Shown here: positions 47,294 to 56,376 of the stretch, piece by piece | Numbering within the stretch: position 1 is the first letter of the stretch | Layout: every line of letters starts with the position of its first letter | Assembly: GCA_965199855.1 (NCBI GenBank) | Contig: OZ241326.1 | Location: 1,472,001 to 1,536,000 of the forward strand | Length of the DNA stretch: 64,000 nucleotides | Direction of reading: 5' to 3' | From: a bacterium | GTDB lineage: Bacteria; UBA8248 | Position numbers and translations under genes: made by a program | Notes under the pieces: model-generated | The model's database searches: none | What the model was told of the DNA's origin: nothing | What the model saw: the letters and a program-made list of their open reading frames with translations, nothing else

Positions 47294-47463
47294 CGAAAGA
47301 ACAAGCCTCCGAGAGGCGAAATTTTTGTTTATCTTGTTGATTTCATTGAGGTTAAATGGTATGCTCAAATGCGCGTCAAATCGCTTTAAGTGAATGAAAA
47401 TACGGGGTTTAGAGGCTCTCCACACGGACTTATCCACAGCTTTTGCACGGATTTCGTGGGTAA
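47272..47463. promoter_or_regulatory. DnaA-box cluster with AT-rich tract and IHF-like site (candidate oriC or DARS/datA-like element)
   Basis: TTATCCACA 47430-38, TTTTGCACG 47441-49, reverse TTACCCACG 47455-63, CTCTCCACA 47416-24, reverse TTTTGCACA 47272-80; reverse AATCAACAAGATA 47330-42. Confidence 0.65.
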
Positions 47464-47484
47464 AAACGGAGGCGGGAAACCGAA

Positions 47485-48246
47485 GTGGCGCAACTGTTTG
47501 ATTTGGGCGGAAAGAGGGCGCTGGTCACCGGAGGCGGCACCGGCCTGGGCCGCGCCATGGCCCACGCCCTGGCCGAGGCGGGGGCGGCGGTCGCGCTGGC
47601 GGCGCGCCGAGAGGAGAAGCTCGAGGGGTGCGCGGAGGAGATTCGCGCCCTGGGCGGGAGCGCCCACGCCCTCTCGTGCGACCTGACCCGGCCCGACTCC
47701 GTCCGGGACGCCGCGCGCGAGGCGGAGGAGAGGCTGGGCGGCGTCGATATTCTGGTGAACAACGGCGGGGTGAGCGGCGAGGGCTGGGCGGCGGAGCTTC
47801 CCCTCGAGCGGTGGAGCCGGGTGATCGAGACGAACCTGCGCGGCGCCTTCCTGATGTGCCAGGCGATAGCCCCCGGCATGATCGAGCGCGGCGGCGGCTC
47901 GATAGTGAACGTGGCCTCCGTCGCCGGCCTCATCGGGGTGAAGATGCTCTCCGCCTATTCGGCGAGCAAGGGCGGCCTCGTCCAGCTCACGAAGACCCTC
48001 GCGCTCGAATGGGCCGGAACGGGCGTGCGGGTGAACGCCCTGGCGCCGGGATACTTCCTCACCGACATCAACAGGGAGTTCTTCGGCTCGGAGGCGGGCG
48101 AGCGGCTCATCCGCGCCCACATCCCCATGGGGCGCGTCGGGCGGCCCGAGGAGCTCAAGGGGGCCGCGCTCTTTCTGGCGAGCGACGCCTCGAGCTTCAT
48201 GACGGGCGCGGTCCTTGTGGTGGACGGCGGGCAATACGCGCAGTAG
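47485..48246 (+). CDS. Short-chain dehydrogenase/reductase (KduD/IdnO-like)
   Basis: TGGGTGLG, NNGG, YSASK, VNALAPGY. Confidence 0.93.
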   Translation: MAQLFDLGGKRALVTGGGTGLGRAMAHALAEAGAAVALAARREEKLEGCAEEIRALGGSAHALSCDLTRPDSVRDAAREAEERLGGVDILVNNGGVSGEGWAAELPLERWSRVIETNLRGAFLMCQAIAPGMIERGGGSIVNVASVAGLIGVKMLSAYSASKGGLVQLTKTLALEWAGTGVRVNALAPGYFLTDINREFFGSEAGERLIRAHIPMGRVGRPEELKGAALFLASDASSFMTGAVLVVDGGQYAQ

Positions 48247-48664
48247 TTCCCTCGCGCGCGCCTGCGGGGCTCGCGTCGCGCGGAGGGCGGGAAATCCCGA
48301 AGCCGGGAAAAAACGAAAAAAGGGCTTGACCTCGCGCCGCGCTTCGCCGATAAGAGGGAAATCGCCTCCCGCGCTTTCGGGGACTCGCCCCGGCGGGGGC
48401 TGGATGATTCGCGCGGGCGCATTCGGGACGCCGCCCGCCGCTTCGCGCCGATCGGGGTCTCCGCCCCCGCCGGCGCGGCATGGAGTTTCGATGACACGTC
48501 AGGATGGCAGGAGGTCCTGGGGCGCGTTCAAGGCGCCCCGCCACCCGCTGGCTCCCTAGGAAACCGGCGCGTTCACCCGCCCCCCGCGCGTCCGCCCCTC
48601 GAAGGAGACGGAAGCGCGCCCCGGGGCGCGAAGCCACCCGAATTTCCCGAGGAGCTTTCAGCCC

Positions 48665-50305
48665 ATGGCCGCGAAAGCCGCGACAGAGAAGAGGAGGCCC
48701 GCGCGAGGCAGGGCCTCGAACCGAATCCGCATATTCGACACCACGCTCCGGGACGGCGAGCAGTCGCCCGGATGCAGCATGGATCGCTTCCAGAAGGCGC
48801 AGATGGCGATCCAGCTCGAGAAGCTGGGCGTGGACGCCATCGAGGCGGGCTTTCCCATCGCCTCGAACGACGAGTTCGAGTCGGTGCGCGACGTGGCGAA
48901 GGCGGTGAAGAAGACCGTCGTCGCCGGCCTCTCGCGCTCGGCGCGCGAGGACATCGACCGCTGCTGGGAGGCGGTGCGCCACGCGAAGAAGCCCCGGATC
49001 CACACCTTCATCGCCACCTCCGACATCCACCTCAAGCACAAGCTCAAGATGACGCGCCCGGCGCTTCTGAAGGAAATCGCCGCCTCGGTGCGCCGCGCGA
49101 GAAAACTCTGCGGCGACGTGGAGTGGAGCGCCGAGGACGCCACGCGCTCGGACTGGGACTTCCTCGCCGAGGCGGTGAAGATCGCGATCGAGGAGGGGGC
49201 GACCACCATCAACCTGCCCGACACGGTGGGCTACATCATCCCCAGCGAGTTCCGCCGCTTCTGGGAGCATATTTTCGAGAAGGTTCCCTCCTACGACGGG
49301 GTGGTCTTCAGCGCGCACTGCCACGACGACCTGGGCCTCGCCGTGGCGAACAGCATCGTTGCGGTGGAGTCCGGCGTGCGGCAGGTGGAGTGCACCATCA
49401 ACGGCATCGGCGAGCGGGCGGGCAACGCCTCGCTCGAGGAGTTCGTGATGGCGCTCGCCACGCGCCGGGACGAGCTGGGCTTCAGGTCGGGCGTCAGGAC
49501 GCGGGAGATCTACCCCTCCAGCAGGCTCCTCACCTCCATGACGGGCGTGCCCGTGCAGCCGAACAAGGCGGTGGTGGGCAAGAACGCCTTCGCCCACGAG
49601 GCGGGCATTCACCAGCACGGGGTGATCTCCAGGGCGATCACCTACGAGATCATGACGCCCAGGTCGGTCGGCAGGCCCTCGAACACCCTCGTGCTCGGCA
49701 AGCACTCCGGGCGCGCGGGCCTCAGGAAGCGCTACGAGCAGCTGGGCTTCAAAATGACGCGCGGGGACATCACGAGCATCTACCCGCGCTTCATCGACCT
49801 CGCCGACAAGAAGAAGGAGGTCTATGACGAGGACTTGCTCGCCCTCCTCCAGGAGAACCGCGCGGCGGGCGGCGAGAGCTACTACCACCTCGAGTTCCTC
49901 CAGGTTACCTCCTCCACCGGCACGCACCCCGCCTCGACGGCCACGGTGAAGCTCCGGGAGGGCGAGAGCGTGCGCTCCGAGGTGGGGCAGGGGAGCGGCC
50001 CCGTGGGGGCGTCCATCAACGCCGTCTGCCGCGCCGCGGGGGTCGAGTGCCGGCTGGTCGATTTTTTCGTGAACGCCGTCACCCGCGGCCGAGACGCCCT
50101 CGCCGAGGTGAACATGACCATCGAGTTCGAGGGCGGCCTCCAGATGGCGGGCCACAGCACGAGCCCCGACACGGTCGAGGCGGCCGCCAAGGCGTTCGTG
50201 AACGCCGTCAACAAGTTCAGGCTGACCGAGAACATGAGAAAGCCCGCGAAGAAGGGGCGCGGGGCGAAGAGCGCCCCCACAGGCGAGCGTCCGCGCGGAA
50301 TCTGA
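48665..50305 (+). CDS. leuA: 2-isopropylmalate synthase
   Basis: FDTTLRDGEQSPG, HCHDDLG, GIGERAGN, HEAGIHQHG, LGKHSGR, C-terminal regulatory domain. Confidence 0.93.
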   Translation: MAAKAATEKRRPARGRASNRIRIFDTTLRDGEQSPGCSMDRFQKAQMAIQLEKLGVDAIEAGFPIASNDEFESVRDVAKAVKKTVVAGLSRSAREDIDRCWEAVRHAKKPRIHTFIATSDIHLKHKLKMTRPALLKEIAASVRRARKLCGDVEWSAEDATRSDWDFLAEAVKIAIEEGATTINLPDTVGYIIPSEFRRFWEHIFEKVPSYDGVVFSAHCHDDLGLAVANSIVAVESGVRQVECTINGIGERAGNASLEEFVMALATRRDELGFRSGVRTREIYPSSRLLTSMTGVPVQPNKAVVGKNAFAHEAGIHQHGVISRAITYEIMTPRSVGRPSNTLVLGKHSGRAGLRKRYEQLGFKMTRGDITSIYPRFIDLADKKKEVYDEDLLALLQENRAAGGESYYHLEFLQVTSSTGTHPASTATVKLREGESVRSEVGQGSGPVGASINAVCRAAGVECRLVDFFVNAVTRGRDALAEVNMTIEFEGGLQMAGHSTSPDTVEAAAKAFVNAVNKFRLTENMRKPAKKGRGAKSAPTGERPRGI

Positions 50306-50422
50306 CGCGGCGCGCCTTCCCCCGGGCGTCCGGCGGGAGGGGCGAGAGGGGGGACCCGGGCGATAGACCGGAAGGCGCTTGGTTCGACATGCGATGAACG
50401 AAGACGGGAGAGGGTTTTCCGA

Positions 50423-51796
50423 ATGACGTATCCGGCCACGCGGGAGCTGGCGGGGAGAATCGCGGCGGCGCGCCCCTCCGACTTCGGCGCGTCCGCGCGG
50501 GCGCGGGCGCGGGACGCCTGCCTCGACACGCTGGGCGTCATTCTGGCGGGCCGGGGCGAGGAATGCGCGCGCCTCGCGCGCGGGCTGGCGGCTTCGGAGG
50601 GCGGCGTCCCGGCCGCGCGCATCATCGGGGAGCGGGAGCGGACGAGCGCCTCCTGGGCCGCCTTCGTGAACGGGGTGGCGGGCCACGCGCTCGACTTCGA
50701 CGACGTGGACTTCGTCATGCTCGGCCACCCGAGCGTAACCCTGGTTCCCGCGCTCATCGCGCTGGCGGAGGAGCGAGGAATCCCCGGCCGGGCGGTTCTC
50801 GAGGCCTACGCGGTGGGCTTCGAGCTTCTCCACGCGCTGGGCCGCGCGCTGAACCCCCCGCACTACCGCCGGGGCTTCCACGCCACGGCCACCCTGGGCG
50901 CGGTGGGCGCCGCGGGCGCCTGCGCGCGCCTGCTCGAACTGGACGAGGAAAGAACCCTGAGCGCCCTGAGCCTGGGGGCGAGCGGGGCGGCGGGGCTGGT
51001 CGCCAACTTCGGCACGATGGCGAAGCCCTTTCACGCCGGCCAGGCCGCGCGCGCGGGGCTCGTCGCCGCGAAGCTCGCCGGGGAGGGCTTCACCGCGGTG
51101 GCCGACGCGCTGGAGACGGGCTTCACGGCGGCCATGGCGGCCGACGGCGCGGGAGCCGGCGCGCATGAATTCGCGGACTGGGCGGGGGCGATCGCGCCCT
51201 GGGGCCCGCCCTGGGACATCGAGGAGGGCGTCTGCGTCAAGGCGCATCCCTGCTGCGCCCTGACGCATCCGGGGATAGACGCCATGCTCGCCCTCGTGGA
51301 GGAGGAGGACGTGCGCGCGGCGGACGTGGAGTCGCTGGGGGCGCGCGCCTCCACCATGACGCTCAAGGTGCTGCGCTACCGGGAGGCGGCCACCCCCCTC
51401 GAGGGGAAATTCTCCATGCCGTTCTGTCTGGCCTCCGCCCTGCTGGATCGCCGGGTGGGGATTCGCCAGTTCGAGGAGGCGAGCGCGCGGCGCCCCGAAA
51501 TCGCCGCGCTTCAGAAGAAGGTCGCCTTCGAGCTGGACGAGACCCTGGCGCGCGAGGACCCCGAAGCGGAGGCGACCGAGGTCTGGCTCAGGCTCAGGGA
51601 CGGGCGCGAGCTCAGCCGCTCCTTCGTCCGCGCGCGCGGCCACGTGGAAAATCCCCTCACGGCGATCGAGCTCGAAGAGAAGTTCCTCGAATGCGCCGCC
51701 CTGCCCGAAGACAGGGGCCGCGCCGCCTGGGACGCCTGGCGCGGGCTGAACGAGGCGACCGACGTCTCCGCCCTCACCGCCACCCTCGCCGCGTAA
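50423..51796 (+). CDS. MmgE/PrpD family protein (paralogue 3)
   Basis: GHALDFDD, GHPS, KPFHAG, KAHPCC, GKFSM. Confidence 0.92.
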   Translation: MTYPATRELAGRIAAARPSDFGASARARARDACLDTLGVILAGRGEECARLARGLAASEGGVPAARIIGERERTSASWAAFVNGVAGHALDFDDVDFVMLGHPSVTLVPALIALAEERGIPGRAVLEAYAVGFELLHALGRALNPPHYRRGFHATATLGAVGAAGACARLLELDEERTLSALSLGASGAAGLVANFGTMAKPFHAGQAARAGLVAAKLAGEGFTAVADALETGFTAAMAADGAGAGAHEFADWAGAIAPWGPPWDIEEGVCVKAHPCCALTHPGIDAMLALVEEEDVRAADVESLGARASTMTLKVLRYREAATPLEGKFSMPFCLASALLDRRVGIRQFEEASARRPEIAALQKKVAFELDETLAREDPEAEATEVWLRLRDGRELSRSFVRARGHVENPLTAIELEEKFLECAALPEDRGRAAWDAWRGLNEATDVSALTATLAA

Positions 51797-51839
51797 TGCC
51801 CGGGAAGCCGCCGCTTCCCGCGCCGTTCCTTCATTTTTC

Positions 51840-51869
51840 GCAGGGACAACCACAGGGGGTTGTCCCTGC
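51840..51869. repeat. Perfect 12-bp inverted repeat, REP-like
   Basis: GCAGGGACAACC-acaggg-GGTTGTCCCTGC; no adjacent U-tract. Confidence 0.6.
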
Positions 51870-51897
51870 CGCCGCTCCCCCCCGCAATTCCCCGCGC

Positions 51898-51926
51898 TTG
51901 ACGGGGGAACAGGCGGCCGCTAGCGT
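51898..51926 (+). promoter_or_regulatory. sigma70-type promoter for the Dam-family methylase
   Basis: TTGACG, 17 nt, TAGCGT. Confidence 0.5.
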
Positions 51927-52038
51927 GACGCTGCGAGAGACTTCCCCTGCGCCCTGACGGGACTCCCGAATGACGATGAAGCCTCGCAGAGCCTCCGCCG
52001 CCGCGCCGGAGGGGGCGAACCTCCCCGAAGGGGGCGAA

Positions 52039-52932
52039 ATGCGGGCGTCCATCAACGGCAGGCGGATCGTGAGGAACGCGGGCCGCAGACGGAAGAAGAT
52101 GATCGCCTTCGGCTGGTATGGGGGCAAATTCTCGCACCTCGACTTCATCCTGCCGCATCTGCCGGAAGACGCCCTGCACTTTTGCGACGTGTTCGGAGGC
52201 TCGGCGGCGATTCTGATCAACCGCAAGCCCTCTCCGGTGGAAACATACAATGACCTCGATTCGGAACTGGTCAATTTCTTCGAGACGCTGAGGAGCCAGG
52301 GATCGAAGCTCATCAAGGCGATCAGCCTCACGCCGTTCTCGCGCGAGGAACTCGTCCGGGCGTGCCGTTCCGAGCCGGGACTGGGCAGGCTGGAAAGAGC
52401 CCGAAGGTTCTACGTCCGCGCCAGGCAAACGCGCACCGGCCTTGCGCAGACGAGCAGCGAGGGCCGCTGGGCCCATTGCGTGCTGACCTCCCGCGCCGGC
52501 ATGGCGGGCGCCGTTTCGCGCTGGCTGGGCGCCATCGACGGGCTCCCCGAAATCGTGCAGCGTCTTCAGCGGGTGCAGATAGAGAACGTCCCCGCCCTGG
52601 AGCTCATCGAGCGCTACGACACGGAAGACACCCTGTTCTATCTCGACCCCCCGTATGTCCACGAAAGCCGGGGCGATTCCCATGCGTATGGATACGAGAT
52701 GAGCGACGCCGAACACGCCGAGCTCGCCCGGATGCTTCATTCCATTCGGGGCCGCGCCGTCGTGTCGGGATACGGGACGGCGCTTTACGACGGGCTGTTC
52801 GCCGGATGGACGAGAATCGACGCGCCGGCCAAGGCCTGCAACTCGTCGAAGGGGCAGAGGCGCGAATCGCTGTGGCTGAACTTTCAGCCGGGGGAGAGCG
52901 GTGGCGGAAAAGAGAATTTCTCCGGACGCTGA
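52039..52932 (+). CDS. Alpha-class (Dam/D12 family) DNA adenine methyltransferase
   Basis: WYGGK, DVFGGS, YNDLD, FYLDPPY, RRESLW; start 52039 (SD GAAGGGGG) or 51970. Confidence 0.92.
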   Translation: MRASINGRRIVRNAGRRRKKMIAFGWYGGKFSHLDFILPHLPEDALHFCDVFGGSAAILINRKPSPVETYNDLDSELVNFFETLRSQGSKLIKAISLTPFSREELVRACRSEPGLGRLERARRFYVRARQTRTGLAQTSSEGRWAHCVLTSRAGMAGAVSRWLGAIDGLPEIVQRLQRVQIENVPALELIERYDTEDTLFYLDPPYVHESRGDSHAYGYEMSDAEHAELARMLHSIRGRAVVSGYGTALYDGLFAGWTRIDAPAKACNSSKGQRRESLWLNFQPGESGGGKENFSGR

Positions 52933-53069
52933 ATCGGCGCGCGAGCGGCTGATTTTCCAGTCCGCCGGTCTTCCGCGTTGTCGTTCTCTTTTCTCATAAC
53001 AGGATGTGTGATAATCTACCCGGAATTGTCTCACCCATCTTAAAAACAGCGAACTTGTCGGGAGCGTAT

Positions 53070-54347
53070 ATGAGTGCTGAGCTAACTATCACATGTCCGC
53101 ACTGCTTCAAAGAAATCAAACTCACGGAGTCTTTGGCGGCGCCTCTCGTTCAAACAGTTCGCGAGGAATCAGAGGCCAAAATCGCCGAGAAAGAAGCGGA
53201 AGTTTCAAAGAGAGAGGACGAAATCCGAGCCCAGAGAAAAGAGATTGAGCGGGAACGGAGCGCGATTGATGAGCAGGTTGAGGAACAGCTGAAAATAGAA
53301 CGAACTGCGATTGCGGAGGCGGAGGCTAAAAAAGCGAAACTCGCAGCCTCGTCTGACTTGGAAGCAAAGACGAAGGAGGTGGAAGCGCTCGAAGAAGTCC
53401 TCAAACAGCGCGACCAAAAATTGGAGCAAGCGCAAAAAGCTGAAGCTGATTTTCTCCGCAAACAGCGCGAGCTCGATGACGCCAAGCGTGAAGTAGACCT
53501 TGAGGTGGAAAAGCGCACCCAAGCCTCTGTTGAGGAGAAGCGGCAGGAAATACAAGAGAAATTCAAGCTCGAGGACATAAAAAAAGAGGAACTGATTGCC
53601 TCGATGAAGCGCCAAATTGAGGAATTGCGGGAAAAAGCAGAACAGGGTTCCCAACAGGCGCAAGGGGAAGCTCTTGAGTTGCTGCTTGAAAAAAGTTTGG
53701 GCGAGAGTTTTCCCATAGATGGCATTGAGCCTGTTCCGAAAGGTGAGTCGGGCGCTGATGTGCTCCAGAAGATATTTGGCCCGATGGGGCAGACTTGCGG
53801 TCATATCCTCTGGGAATCAAAAGATACAAAGCACTGGAACGATGACTGGCTCGCAAAGCTCAAGAGTGATCAGCGCGCGGTCCACGCGGAGATTGCTGTC
53901 ATCGTATCGACCGCATTGCCCAAGGACATGGAGACGTGTGGAAAGAGAGACGGCGTATGGATAACGCAACCGCGCTTCGCCATGCCGCTGGCGGGTTGTC
54001 TTCGCCAAACTCTCATCGAGGTGTCCCATACCCGAAAAGCGCAACAGGGTCAGGAAACGAAAAAGGAGATGGTCTATCGGTATTTGACAGGAACAGGATT
54101 CAAACACCGCGTAGAGGCAATTGTTGAGAAATTTGAAGCTATGCGAGAAGACCTTGATAGAGAACGAAAGACCATGACGCGCCTATGGGCGAAGCGGGAA
54201 AAACAAATACAAGGGGTCATAGAATCAACGGCTGGCATGTATGGGGATCTGCAAGGCATTGCCGGCCGCGAACTTCAAGAAATTGAAAGTTTGGATATTC
54301 CTTTGCTTGAGTCCGGTTCGCCCGATAACGATGATGAGCAAGACTAG
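53070..54347 (+). CDS. DUF2130-like coiled-coil protein with a PD-(D/E)xK-like C-terminal domain; lower GC
   Basis: ITCPHC..EIKL, long E/K-rich coiled coil, GSQQAQGEALE, GADVLQ, LWESK.TK.W, GMYGDLQGIAG. Confidence 0.8.
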   Translation: MSAELTITCPHCFKEIKLTESLAAPLVQTVREESEAKIAEKEAEVSKREDEIRAQRKEIERERSAIDEQVEEQLKIERTAIAEAEAKKAKLAASSDLEAKTKEVEALEEVLKQRDQKLEQAQKAEADFLRKQRELDDAKREVDLEVEKRTQASVEEKRQEIQEKFKLEDIKKEELIASMKRQIEELREKAEQGSQQAQGEALELLLEKSLGESFPIDGIEPVPKGESGADVLQKIFGPMGQTCGHILWESKDTKHWNDDWLAKLKSDQRAVHAEIAVIVSTALPKDMETCGKRDGVWITQPRFAMPLAGCLRQTLIEVSHTRKAQQGQETKKEMVYRYLTGTGFKHRVEAIVEKFEAMREDLDRERKTMTRLWAKREKQIQGVIESTAGMYGDLQGIAGRELQEIESLDIPLLESGSPDNDDEQD

Positions 54348-54671
54348 AAAACCCATAATACGATAGCCATGTGTAGAAACATCCCGAATCGGAGGATATT
54401 TATTCGCAAGTGACGAAGAAAATAAAATAAGCAACGCCTTTGTTTTCAACTCTTTTTTTCTGAAATACCCCTAGTCGTTGCGCAGTGAATTTTCCGTATT
54501 TCACACCAATTCAGATTCCCCGCGCGAGCGGGTTCGGCCACCTTTGAGCGAGGCCGCTCCGTCCGCGCCGCCCTCGCTCCCGCCGCCGCATCCCCCTGTG
54601 GCGTCGGGCGAGGGGGCGGCGTATAATGCGAGCCGGTTGCGGCGGGCGGATGGCTCCCTTGCGAGGCGGCG

Positions 54672-55733
54672 ATGGGCGAGCGCGCGGTGGTGGCGATGAG
54701 CGGCGGGGTGGACAGCTCCGTGGCCGCCGCCCTGATGGTGGAGCGGGGCTACGAGACCATCGGGGTGGGGCTGCGCCTCGCCGACAAGCCCGCGCGGGAG
54801 TCGTCCCACCGGGGTTGCTGCGCCCCGCGCGACCTGGCCGACGCGCGCGCGGTGGCCGCCCGGCTGGACATTCCCTTCTACGCCCTGGACGCGCGCGAGG
54901 CCTTCCGCGCGGGCGTGATCGAGAATTTCATCTCCGAATACGGGCGCGGCAGAACGCCCGCGCCGTGCGTGGCGTGCAACCAGACGGTGAAGTTCGACTA
55001 TCTCGCCGGGCGCGCCCGCGCCTTCGGCGCCGGCCTGCTCGCCACCGGCCACTACGCCAGGCGCGTCGAGGCGGAGGGCCGCCTCACCCTCGCCAGAAGC
55101 CGGGACGCGGAGAAGGATCAGACCTACTTCCTCTTCGGCATGACGCAGGCGCAGCTCGCCGGGGCGATTTTCCCCCTGGGTGAGTTCACCAAGGAGGAGA
55201 CGCGCGAATGCGCCCGGAGGCTGGGCCTCCCCACCGCCGAGAAGCCCGAGAGCCAGGAGATATGCTTCGTCCCGGAGGGCGGCTACCGCGCCTTTCTGAG
55301 AGCCGAGCGGCCCGGCATCGACAGGCCGGGAGACATCGTGGACGGCGAGGGCCGCGCGGTGGGCAGGCACGAGGGGGTGGCGGGCTTCACGGTGGGGCAG
55401 AGGCGGGGGCTCGGCCTGGGAGGCGCCGCGCCGCGCTACGTGACGGCCATCCGGGCGGACTCGGCCACCCTCGTGGTGGGCGGGCGCGAGGAGCTCTCGC
55501 GCGAGACCTTCATCGTCAAGGACGCGCGCTGGTCGATTCCCCCCGGCTCGGCGCCCCTGCAGGTGCAGGTGCGGCACCGCGGCCGCGCGGTCGCCTGCGA
55601 GGTGATCCCGCAAGATGGCGGCGCCTTCGAGGTGCGCCCCGAGGCTCCCGCCCGCCTGGGCGCGGTGGCGCCGGGCCAGGCCGCCGTTTTCTACTCTGGC
55701 GACGTCCTGCACGGCGGCGGCTGGGTGGCCTGA
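54672..55733 (+). CDS. mnmA: tRNA-specific 2-thiouridylase MnmA
   Basis: MSGGVDSS, PCVACN, ATGHY, KDQTYFL, SQEICF, TVGQRRG, PGQ; TATAAT at 54622-27. Confidence 0.96.
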   Translation: MGERAVVAMSGGVDSSVAAALMVERGYETIGVGLRLADKPARESSHRGCCAPRDLADARAVAARLDIPFYALDAREAFRAGVIENFISEYGRGRTPAPCVACNQTVKFDYLAGRARAFGAGLLATGHYARRVEAEGRLTLARSRDAEKDQTYFLFGMTQAQLAGAIFPLGEFTKEETRECARRLGLPTAEKPESQEICFVPEGGYRAFLRAERPGIDRPGDIVDGEGRAVGRHEGVAGFTVGQRRGLGLGGAAPRYVTAIRADSATLVVGGREELSRETFIVKDARWSIPPGSAPLQVQVRHRGRAVACEVIPQDGGAFEVRPEAPARLGAVAPGQAAVFYSGDVLHGGGWVA

Positions 55734-55804
55734 CGCGAGGCGGGCGCATCCGCTCGCGGCGGCGCTCTCCTCCGCGCCTGAAAGTCGGCCCGGTCTCCGC
55801 GCCC

Positions 55805-56149
55805 CTAGCCCGGCGGCCATTCCATGCGGCGGCCGCCCAGCAGGTGAAAGTGAAGATGGAAGACGGTCTGCCCCCCGTTCTCTCCGCAGTTGACGACCAT
55901 GCGGAAGCCTTCTTCCGCCACCCCCTTCTCGCGGGCGATCCCGTTCGCCGCCGTGAAGATGGAGCCGATGAGCTCCCCCTCCGCCTCCCCGACGTCGCGG
56001 AGCGTCGCCACGTGCTTTTTCGGGATGATGAGAACGTGGACGGGCGCCGCCGGGTTCAGGTCCTCGAACGCGAGCAGGTCCGCGTCCTCATAGACTTTTC
56101 GGGCGGGAATCTCGCCCGCTACGATTTTGCAGAAAACGCAGGACTCCAT
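55805..56149 (-). CDS. hinT: Histidine triad nucleotide-binding protein
   Basis: CVFCKIV, GQTVFHLHFHLLGGR. Confidence 0.93.
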   Translation of the reverse strand: MESCVFCKIVAGEIPARKVYEDADLLAFEDLNPAAPVHVLIIPKKHVATLRDVGEAEGELIGSIFTAANGIAREKGVAEEGFRMVVNCGENGGQTVFHLHFHLLGGRRMEWPPG

Positions 56150-56376
56150 GTCGCCTCCGGGGTAAGGGGAACGAGCGAAGCGCGGGGCGATTCTACGCGC
56201 GGGCGGCGCGCCCTGGCAATCGCGCCCGACTGACGCGCCGCGCGGCCGCGGCCCTTGCGCCGGGGCGGGATGCGCGCTAGTTTTTCGTATGCCCCGAGTC
56301 TGAAGAACGCCCCGCGCCGCCGGGGTTCGAGAACGCGGCGGCCGCGTCCCGACTTTCCGCCCGAGGAGGATGTCGA

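Noticed and set aside
48400-48664. Classical leucine attenuator upstream of leuA
   Set aside because: No short ORF with tandem Leu codons and no U-tailed terminator
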